A stretch of 32,000 nt of DNA, from the NCBI RefSeq assembly GCF_900289195.1, contig NZ_OMOH01000001.1, positions 268,706 to 300,705 of the forward strand, given 5' to 3'. Under the pieces are notes generated by a model. The model saw nothing but the letters and a program-made list of their open reading frames with translations, did not search any database and had not been told where the DNA came from. This document shows positions 26,401 through 32,000 of this stretch, piece by piece. A program made the translations under genes and the position numbers. The DNA comes from Propionibacterium ruminifibrarum (GTDB lineage: Bacteria; Actinomycetota; Actinomycetes; Propionibacteriales; Propionibacteriaceae). How positions within the stretch are numbered: position 1 is the first letter of the stretch; every line of letters begins with the position of its first letter.

Positions 26401-26879
26401 CGGCTCAGCTTAACCACCGTCGCGCACGGTTCCCAGCACGGTGCCGGCGCCGATTTGACGCCTCCGACGACGGCCCGATATGGTTCACGAGAACCCCCGG
26501 TTCGGTGTTCTCTCTGCAGGGGAAGGCAGATGAGGAGCCGCCGGGGGTTTCCTCTGCGCCTGCGTCCCGATGAGGCTGCCCGGCTGCCGATGGGGCCGGC
26601 GGCCGGCACGGCGAGCGGTTCGCGAGCCCGCCACCACGGTCAACGCGTCCTCTCGGGGTAGTCGCGCCGAGCCCCTGCTGGGAACCGTTGTTCCTCGTCA
26701 CAAGGCTTGAATCCGCTGTGGGCGAAATCATCGTGACCCGGAGCCGTCCCGAGACCTTCCCTGACCGGGGTTCGGCGCGTCGGCTTCGCTCCCAGGCTGT
26801 GGCTACAGTTGTGGTCGCACGCCGGCCTCCGTCGCTCAGCCTGGAGCGGGTCGGCACGGACAACGAACGAGGAGGAAAT

Positions 26880-27041
26880 ATGGCAGACGAGACCTACGAG
26901 GGCGAGTACTACTGCGTCAAGTGCAAGGAGAAGCGTCACGCCCGGGGTACGGTCGTCGTGAATGACAAGGGCACTCGCATGGCCAAGGCCAAGTGCCCCG
27001 AATGCGGTACGAACCTGAACCGCATCCTCGGCAGGGCCTGA
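26880..27041 (+). CDS. 53-aa zinc-ribbon protein (DUF5679-like)
   Basis: MADETYEGEYYCVKCKEKRHARGTVVVNDKGTRMAKAKCPECGTNLNRILGRA has two CxxC pairs. A strong SD (GAGGAGG) lies 4 nt before ATG 26880. The in-frame upstream part of ORF 26688..27041 has lower GC3 and no homology signal. Confidence 0.72.
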   Translation: MADETYEGEYYCVKCKEKRHARGTVVVNDKGTRMAKAKCPECGTNLNRILGRA

Positions 27042-27067
27042 GACTTCCCCGGCCACGTGCCGGGCAT

Positions 27068-27108
27068 GGTGAGGGGCGGAACACCCACTGGGTGTTCCGC
27101 CCCTCACC
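27068..27108 (+). terminator. 41-bp perfect palindrome (20-bp arms) after the zinc-ribbon gene
   Basis: GGTGAGGGGCGGAACACCCA-C-TGGGTGTTCCGCCCCTCACC, starting 27 nt after the stop at 27041. No U-tract. Confidence 0.65.
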
Positions 27109-27188
27109 ATGCGGGACCTGGTCCGTTCGTGCCGCGCGGCACCTGATCCGTCGCGGGCTCCGGGCCGGCGCGTCCATGCGCCGACCGG

Positions 27189-27224
27189 CTCAGGTGTTGT
27201 CCGAATCGCCTCAGGTGTTGTCCG
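27189..27224 (+). repeat. tandem 15-bp direct repeat CTCAGGTGTTGTCCG x2 (21-bp period)
   Basis: Identical copies at 27189-27203 and 27210-27224, separated by AATCGC, immediately upstream of the first plausible start (27238) of the E1-like gene. Confidence 0.7.
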
Positions 27225-27237
27225 GTTCCCCCACACT

Positions 27238-28251
27238 ATGGACATCGGCCCGTCCACGGGCGACGCTAAGGGCATGCACACCACCCCCGGTCGCCGCAAT
27301 GACGCGGCCCCCACGGCGCAGCAGAGCCCGACGTCCAGCATGCCGCAGGGTCGTCGCGTGCCGCCCAGGACGCTTCGTCTCGACGCCGACGTCGTCCGCA
27401 TCTCGGCCACCGCGTACCAGTTGTACGGCCCCGATCGGGGGTGCGTCGCGATCACCGGCCGATCCGCGGGGCCCCTCACCCAGGCCCTGCGGCGGCTCGA
27501 CGGCCGCACCACCCTCGACGGCGCCTGCTGCGGTCTGTCCCCTGCTGAGCTGAAACTGTTCGAGGACCTGCTGAGACGACTGCGGTCCCTCGGGATGATC
27601 CGCAAACAGCCGTACCGCCCCAGCCCGGCCCGGATCGGCGTCATCGGGGAGGGCACGTGCGCCGAACACATCAGGCACGCCGTGGCCGCCACGCACTGGG
27701 TCCGAGGTTTCACCGAGCCGCTGCCACCGCGAAGCAGTCACGGCGAGCGGGTCACTCGGCAGGGCCCCGTGCCCCGGGTCGACCGGCTCGAGCACTGGAT
27801 GAGCATCGATGACACCCGGCTCGATCTCGTCATCGTCGCGATCTCCCGGCCCACACCCGACCCGGCCATGTCGTGGCTGCTCAGCCATCTGGGCATCCCG
27901 CACCTGATCGTCAGCGCCCATCACCGCGACGCACGTGTCGGGCCGCTGGTGAGGCCGGGCACCACGAGCTGCGCCTTCTGTGCGGCGGGGCCGGCCATCG
28001 GCCGCGGCATCAGCCCCGCCGCCGAGGCGGCGATTCCAGCCGCCGTCGTGATCGACTGGGTGGTCGCGATCACCAGGTCGGTGAGCGCCGCCTACCTCGA
28101 CGAGGGCACCGTCAGCCCCACGGTGGAGTTCAGTGGCGGAATCTGGCCGAGCAGGGCGCCTCAGGAGGACTGCCTGATCTGCACCCCCGGGTGGGGCCGG
28201 CTGCCCCCGACCGACAAGACGCACGCCGGGCAGCAGGCCGAGGCGTCCTAG
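27238..28251 (+). CDS. E1/ThiF-like protein with an N-terminal leader-peptide-binding (RRE/winged-helix)-type region; orphan 'TOMM docking'-like protein
   Basis: High GC3 throughout. LRLDADVVRISATAYQLYGPDRGCVAITGRSAGPLTQALRRLDGRTTLDG...LLRRLRSLGMI resembles RRE/PqqD-like leader-binding domains. ARIGVIGEGTCAEHI is a GxGxxA Rossmann loop. IPHLIVSAHHRDARVGPLVRPGTTSCAFCAAG plus CLIC gives two CxxC pairs, as in the zinc site of MoeB/ThiF-type E1s. Start uncertain (27238, 27274 or 27340). ATG 27109 is rejected because it abuts the hairpin and would translate the tandem repeat. Confidence 0.6.
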   Translation: MDIGPSTGDAKGMHTTPGRRNDAAPTAQQSPTSSMPQGRRVPPRTLRLDADVVRISATAYQLYGPDRGCVAITGRSAGPLTQALRRLDGRTTLDGACCGLSPAELKLFEDLLRRLRSLGMIRKQPYRPSPARIGVIGEGTCAEHIRHAVAATHWVRGFTEPLPPRSSHGERVTRQGPVPRVDRLEHWMSIDDTRLDLVIVAISRPTPDPAMSWLLSHLGIPHLIVSAHHRDARVGPLVRPGTTSCAFCAAGPAIGRGISPAAEAAIPAAVVIDWVVAITRSVSAAYLDEGTVSPTVEFSGGIWPSRAPQEDCLICTPGWGRLPPTDKTHAGQQAEAS

Positions 28252-30380
28252 CCGTCCGCGTCGGCCGAGGCGAGGACGTCGTCCACGTCCGCGCCCTTGA
28301 GGATGGCCAGCACATCCTCGCCGTACCGGCGGACCTTGGCGCGCCCGACGCCACGGATCTGGAGCAGGTCGTGTTCGCTGAGCGGTGCGTCCTGGGCCAG
28401 TGCCATGAGCGTCGCGTCGGTGAAGACGACGAACGCCGGCACGGACTGGCGTTTCGCCACGGCCAGACGCCAGGTTCTGAGACGTTCGAAGAGGTTCTCG
28501 TCGAAGGGCACCTCGCAGTCGGCGTGATGACCGAGCTTCATCTCGGCTCCCGTGCTCAGCGCCCTGCCGCAGACCATGCAGCGTGCGACACCGCGGCGGC
28601 GTGTTCGGGCGCCGGGCGCCGCCTCCTCATCGACGCCCCCGGTGGGCTCGACCAGGCCGCCGAGGAAACGCGAGGCCCTCCTGCGGCCGCGGTGGCCGGT
28701 CGCGCCGGTGGCCCAGCTCAGGCGCAGGTCGCGCCTGGCGCGCGTGAGACCGACGTAGAAGAGCCTTCGCTCCTCGGCGATCTGTCGCGTGGTCCTGGCC
28801 AGGGAGAAGGGCAGCAGCCCCTCCTGCACACCGACGAGCGCAACCGCATCCCACTCGAGGCCCTTCGCCGAGTGCAGTGTCGACAGGGTGACGCCATCGG
28901 CCACCGGGGCCTGCTGATCCGCGGCACGCTGGTCCAGGTCGGCCACGGCCTGCCCCAGGGACGCCGGGTGCTGTTCGGTGAGTTCGGCCACCTGGTCGTG
29001 CAGGGCCTGCCAGGACTCCCACCGTTCGCGGACCCGCCCCTGGCCTGCGGGCGGCTCGGGGCTCCAGCCGAGGGCGCCCAGCACCTCATCGACGGCCTCG
29101 AGGGCCGGGGCGGCCGGATCGGACTCGGCCGCCGCGTGCAGGCCCGCGAGAGCGGCACGGACCTCGGCCCGATCGTAGAAGCGCTCGGCTCCTCTCACCT
29201 GGTAGGGGACGCGGGCCTGCGCGAGAGCGGCCTCGAGCACCGGCGACTGCGAGTTCACCCGGTACAGCACGGCCATCTCGGACCAGGGCGTGCCCCGGCG
29301 GTGCCGGTCGACGAGCCAGGCCGACAGCATCGAGGCCTCCTCGTCCTGGTCGGAACTGCACACCGTCTCGACGGCGGGCCCCGCGGGGCGCATGGGACGC
29401 AGTACCACGCCCTGGCCGACGGCGGCCCGCCTCGGGGGATGCAGCAGGTCGTTGGCCACCTTGATGATCTGCGGTGTCGAGCGGTAGTTGCGGTCGAGGT
29501 GCAGTACCGTCGCACCGGGGAATTCCCGCGCGAAGCGGGTGAGGAAACGCGGGTCGGCGCCGGCGAAGGAGTGGATGGCCTGATCGGGATCCCCGACCAC
29601 GCAGATGTCCTGACCATCGCCGAGCCACTGGGTGAGCAGCGAGTGCTGCAACGGGCTGACGTCCTGGAACTCGTCGACCACGAAGTGCTGGTAGCCGGAA
29701 CGGAACTCCTGGGCCACCTCGGGGTGCTCGTGCATGAGGGCGACGGCGCACAGCAGGATGTCGTCGTAGTCCATGACACCGCGACGGGACTTCACCCGCT
29801 CGTACTCGGCCGCGACCCGGCCGACGGTCTCCGGGGCGACGCCCGCGACGGCACGGCCGGCCCTGGTGGCCAGGGCCGCGTAGTCCACCGGCAGCACGTT
29901 CGTGGACTTGGCCCAGCTGATCTCGCCCGTCAGGTCACGGATGAGAGCCGTGTCCGTGCCGAGGCGCTCACGCGACGCGGCCTCGGCGACCAGACCGAAG
30001 GTGGACCCGGCGACCTCTGGCAACTCGGTGCCGGTCACGCGCGGCCAGAAGTAGCGGATCTGACGCAGGGCGGCCGAGTGGAAGGTGCGCGCCTGGACGC
30101 GGGGGGCGCCGAGCGCGCGGAGTCTGGCCCGCATCTCACCGGCGGCCCGCGTCGTGAAGGTGACGGCCAGGATCGCCGAGGCCTTCTGCTGACCGGTGAG
30201 CACGGCGTGCACGATGCGGTGCGTGATGGCGCGTGTCTTGCCGGTGCCGGCGCCAGCGATGACCGCGACGGGCCCGCCGATGGTCGTGGCGACCTGCCGC
30301 TGCTCGGGATCGAGCCCGTTCAGGACGGACTCGTCGAGTTCGGCCGACGCGGATGCGCTGTCGAGCGGCTGACCATTCAT
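28248..30380 (-). CDS. uvrD2: ATP-dependent DNA helicase UvrD2 (SF1 helicase with C-terminal HRDC domain)
   Basis: Walker A AGAGTGKTR, DEFQD, a C-terminal CMVC-X14-HADC metal module, and an HRDC-like tail (FERLRTWRLAVAKRQSVPAFVVFTDATLMALA...IRGVGRAKVRRYG). The frame-consistent ATG 30380 (MNGQPLD...) gives 710 aa. The upstream 439 codons of ORF 28248..31697 are antisense to recC. Confidence 0.88.
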   Translation of the reverse strand: MNGQPLDSASASAELDESVLNGLDPEQRQVATTIGGPVAVIAGAGTGKTRAITHRIVHAVLTGQQKASAILAVTFTTRAAGEMRARLRALGAPRVQARTFHSAALRQIRYFWPRVTGTELPEVAGSTFGLVAEAASRERLGTDTALIRDLTGEISWAKSTNVLPVDYAALATRAGRAVAGVAPETVGRVAAEYERVKSRRGVMDYDDILLCAVALMHEHPEVAQEFRSGYQHFVVDEFQDVSPLQHSLLTQWLGDGQDICVVGDPDQAIHSFAGADPRFLTRFAREFPGATVLHLDRNYRSTPQIIKVANDLLHPPRRAAVGQGVVLRPMRPAGPAVETVCSSDQDEEASMLSAWLVDRHRRGTPWSEMAVLYRVNSQSPVLEAALAQARVPYQVRGAERFYDRAEVRAALAGLHAAAESDPAAPALEAVDEVLGALGWSPEPPAGQGRVRERWESWQALHDQVAELTEQHPASLGQAVADLDQRAADQQAPVADGVTLSTLHSAKGLEWDAVALVGVQEGLLPFSLARTTRQIAEERRLFYVGLTRARRDLRLSWATGATGHRGRRRASRFLGGLVEPTGGVDEEAAPGARTRRRGVARCMVCGRALSTGAEMKLGHHADCEVPFDENLFERLRTWRLAVAKRQSVPAFVVFTDATLMALAQDAPLSEHDLLQIRGVGRAKVRRYGEDVLAILKGADVDDVLASADADG

Positions 30381-30387
30381 GGTGGCA

Positions 30388-30409
30388 ACCTTAGGACCGA
30401 CCACCGGCA
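30388..30409 (-). promoter_or_regulatory. RecA-NDp-like (PafBC-type) promoter of uvrD2, leaderless
   Basis: The minus strand reads TGCCGGTG-gtcggtcc-TAAGGT-tgccacc-ATG. There is one mismatch to TGTCGGTG, an exact N8 spacer, a TANNNT -10, and 7 nt to the start codon. Coordinates are +/-1. Confidence 0.6.
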
Positions 30410-30477
30410 CGTTCATGTCCTGCCGGCGGTTGTCCACACCGGGCCGGCAGCGCCCACGTGGACACGGCGGCCCCAGG

Positions 30478-30499
30478 TGTCGGTGCCGCTGCCTAAGGT
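30478..30499 (+). promoter_or_regulatory. RecA-NDp (PafBC-type) promoter of recC, leaderless
   Basis: The plus strand reads TGTCGGTG-ccgctgcc-TAAGGT-gttgacc-ATG(30507). This is an exact match to TGTCRGTG-N8-TANNNT, with 7 nt to the start codon. Confidence 0.65.
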
Positions 30500-30506
30500 G
30501 TTGACC

Positions 30507-32000
30507 ATGGCGTACACGCGAGCACCGGACGAGCCCGGCAGGGCAGTCGTCACCGCCTGCCGCTCCTGGGCCGACGTCTGCGCCCACGCCGGCGAGTTCC
30601 TCGCCGCCCACGCAAACGATCCCTTCACCGTACCCGTGCTCGTCACTCCCGGTGCGGCCCACAGCCGCAGCATCGGGCAGTTCATCGCGGCGGCTCCGGA
30701 TGGCCCACAGGTCTTCGCCGGTGTCGACACCATGACACCGGGCGGTCTGCGTGCCCGGTTCGAACACGACCTGCTCGGTCTTGACCCACAGTCCGATCCC
30801 TGGCGTTCGAATGGTCTGGTCCTCCACGTCGCCTCGCTCATGCGCGACTGCGCCGCAGAACCCTGGTTCGCACTCGTCCAGCGGCACCTCGCGGGTCATC
30901 CCGGGCCCGGCGAGGCACCCGGGCCGGCCCCCGGACGCCTCGTCGCCACCGCCGAGGACTACACCCGCCTGGTCCGCAGCTACCTGCGGCACTGCCCCGC
31001 CATGGTGCAGTCCTGGTCGCAGGGTTCCCTGGTCGATCCGCTCGGGGCACCACTGGCGGCCCATGACCAGTGGCAGGCCCTCTTGTGGCAACGTCTGGTG
31101 GCGACGATCGACTGGCCCCACCCTGGAGTGCGCCACGAACGGCTCTGCCGGGCCGTGCACGAGGCACGGGAGGACTCGCTGCCCACCGCACTGGGGTTCG
31201 CCTGCCTCGAGGCGCCCCCGCCGTCCGACGTCGAACTGCTCACCGCGCTGGCCGGGCGACGACCGGTCCGCATCTGGCAGCTGGGATCCCCGGACTGGGC
31301 GGCCACGGATCGGGCGGGATCGCTGCTGCGGCAGCGCTATGGCACGGCCCGCGCGCGAAGCTGGCAGGGCTGGCTCAGCGCCGCGGTGACCGTCCGTCCC
31401 CCCGCCGAGCCCGTCCGGGACCCCTCGACCATGCTGGAGGCGCTCAAGTACCAGCTGCACACCGGCCGCCGGCCCGTTGAGCCGGCCGAGCCCGATGGCT
31501 CGGTCAGCATCCACGTCAGCCACGGCCCGGACCGCCAGGTCGAGGTGCTCCGCGAGGCATTGTGCGACGCCTTCGACTCCGACCCGACGTTGCAGCCGCG
31601 TGACGTCGCCGTGCTGTGCACCGACTTGCCCGCCTACGCGCCGCTGCTCGAGGCGGCCCTCGGACCCGTCGACGCTCCCGGCCATCACCCCGGGCACGAT
31701 CTGCGGGCCCGCATCGCAGGCCCCTCGACGGAGCGGCAGAACCAGGTGCTCACCGTTCTCCTGACCCTGCTCGACCTGCCGGCCTCACGAGCCACGAGCA
31801 CCGACCTGATCGCGCTGGCCTCACTCGAGCCCGTCGCACGCACCTTCGGCTTCGATGCCGGGGCCCTGGAGCGGGTCGTGCGGCTCGTCGAGCGGTCACA
31901 GATCAGGTGGGGCGTCGACTCGCGTCACCGCGCGGCGCACGGGCTGCCCACCGTGCGCCAGGGCACCTGGGTCACCGGCACCGACCGGCTGCTCGCCGGC
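30507..32000 (+). CDS. recC: exodeoxyribonuclease V gamma subunit RecC (5' part, runs off the window)
   Basis: Not in the ORF track because no stop is reached. The frame from ATG 30507 to 32000 is open (498 codons) with high GC3. The segment ...SVSIHVSHGPDRQVEVLREALCDAFDSDPTLQPRDVAVLCTDLPAYAPLLEAAL matches the conserved RecC region (E. coli ...HSCHSPMREVEVLHDRLL...DPTLTPRDIIVM... as recalled). Confidence 0.82.
   Translation, partial: MAYTRAPDEPGRAVVTACRSWADVCAHAGEFLAAHANDPFTVPVLVTPGAAHSRSIGQFIAAAPDGPQVFAGVDTMTPGGLRARFEHDLLGLDPQSDPWRSNGLVLHVASLMRDCAAEPWFALVQRHLAGHPGPGEAPGPAPGRLVATAEDYTRLVRSYLRHCPAMVQSWSQGSLVDPLGAPLAAHDQWQALLWQRLVATIDWPHPGVRHERLCRAVHEAREDSLPTALGFACLEAPPPSDVELLTALAGRRPVRIWQLGSPDWAATDRAGSLLRQRYGTARARSWQGWLSAAVTVRPPAEPVRDPSTMLEALKYQLHTGRRPVEPAEPDGSVSIHVSHGPDRQVEVLREALCDAFDSDPTLQPRDVAVLCTDLPAYAPLLEAALGPVDAPGHHPGHDLRARIAGPSTERQNQVLTVLLTLLDLPASRATSTDLIALASLEPVARTFGFDAGALERVVRLVERSQIRWGVDSRHRAAHGLPTVRQGTWVTGTDRLLAG

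Noticed and set aside
26482-26495. Hairpin GGTTC-ACGA-GAACC resembling a guanidine-II (mini-ykkC) ACGR-loop stem
   Set aside because: Only one such hairpin is present, whereas the riboswitch needs two. It overlaps the putative -10 element, and the downstream gene is not a guanidine exporter or carboxylase.
26690-26770. Cobalamin-riboswitch-like fragments (TGGGAACC, GAATCCGCTGTGGGCG)
   Set aside because: No B12 box (GCCACTG), no GGGAAGGC element and no recognisable overall architecture are present. The resemblance is limited to short GC-rich strings. TPP, SAM-IV, ydaO, ZTP, FMN and glycine consensus strings were also not found by eye.
27109-27237. ATG 27109 as the start of the E1-like gene (380-aa version)
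   Set aside because: The ATG directly abuts the 3' arm of the 41-bp terminator palindrome. The extension would translate the tandem DNA repeat (SGVVR twice) and has no family resemblance.
30388-30499. TAAGGT elements interpreted as Shine-Dalgarno sequences for uvrD2 and recC
   Set aside because: Both sit exactly 8 nt downstream of a TG(T/C)CGGTG box and 7 nt upstream of the ATG. This fits a -10 hexamer of a leaderless RecA-NDp promoter better than an SD. The SD reading cannot be excluded without TSS data.
30381-30506. LexA (SOS) box TCGAAC-N4-GTTCGA upstream of uvrD2/recC
   Set aside because: No match was seen in this intergenic region. Isolated TCGAAC/TTCGAA strings occur elsewhere (for example near 11557 and 30740) but lack the second half-site.
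30381-31697. Upstream 439 codons of the 1149-aa ORF 28248..31697
   Set aside because: This stretch is antisense to the RecC reading frame, which has the convincing homology and GC3 pattern. Helicase motifs begin only after MNGQPLD at 30380. It is a shadow ORF.
1-32000. Search for tRNA/rRNA/tmRNA/RNase P/SRP signatures, CRISPR repeats, transposase or integrase genes, and terminal inverted repeats
   Set aside because: No T-arm-like GGTTCGAATCC strings, no conserved RNase P/SRP/tmRNA boxes, no regularly spaced repeats and no recombinase-like ORFs were seen. The window looks like core chromosome, not an island. The one compositional outlier is the ~75-bp norB upstream region.

Overview
High-GC actinobacterial chromosomal segment. 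The gene content, and a PDZ/Lon-like, PPA1309-family, UPF0182 and uvrD2 neighbourhood that I recall as resembling the mycobacterial Rv3193c-Rv3198c block, suggest Propionibacteriales or a close relative; this is inference from memory, not a search. I call 25 protein-coding genes and found no rRNA, tRNA, CRISPR array or mobile element.

Gene order, left to right:
- SAM methyltransferase.
- A minus-strand peptide/nickel-type ABC importer (two ATPases, a Tat-lipoprotein binding protein, a fused double permease).
- Nitronate monooxygenase-like flavoenzyme.
- bioB, with a perfect palindromic TGAAC-N3-GTTCA operator upstream.
- MFS sugar porter.
- A MetE-like gene followed by a small GNAT gene.
- Prolyl aminopeptidase.
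- A tightly coupled qNOR nitric-oxide reductase / unknown membrane protein / SPFH-stomatin set.
- An M16 peptidase pair.
- A PDZ-Lon-like / PPA1309-family / UPF0182 operon.
- A zincin-like gene and a DUF45 metallopeptidase gene.
- A 53-aa zinc-ribbon protein.
- An orphan E1/ThiF-like protein with a leader-peptide-binding-type N-terminus.
- uvrD2 and the 5' half of recC.

Most interesting observations:
1. The 250-aa membrane protein wedged between norB and the stomatin gene carries a literal WhiB-like Fe-S signature (C-X26-C-X2-C-X5-C, including CGRCPVKRDC). This suggests a membrane-tethered Wbl-like module in an NO-detoxification operon.
2. uvrD2 and recC are driven by mirror-image, apparently leaderless promoters that match the mycobacterial RecA-independent (PafBC-type) motif TGTCGGTG-N8-TAnnnT.
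3. An AT-rich palindrome-bearing island sits upstream of norB.
4. An orphan E1-like gene is preceded by tandem 15-bp repeats, and the neighbouring zinc-ribbon gene has about 480 bp of non-coding DNA upstream of it.
5. At least eight genes appear to use leaderless TANNNT-N6/7-start architecture, which changes several start calls.

All family assignments come from reading the translations by eye; no database search was possible.
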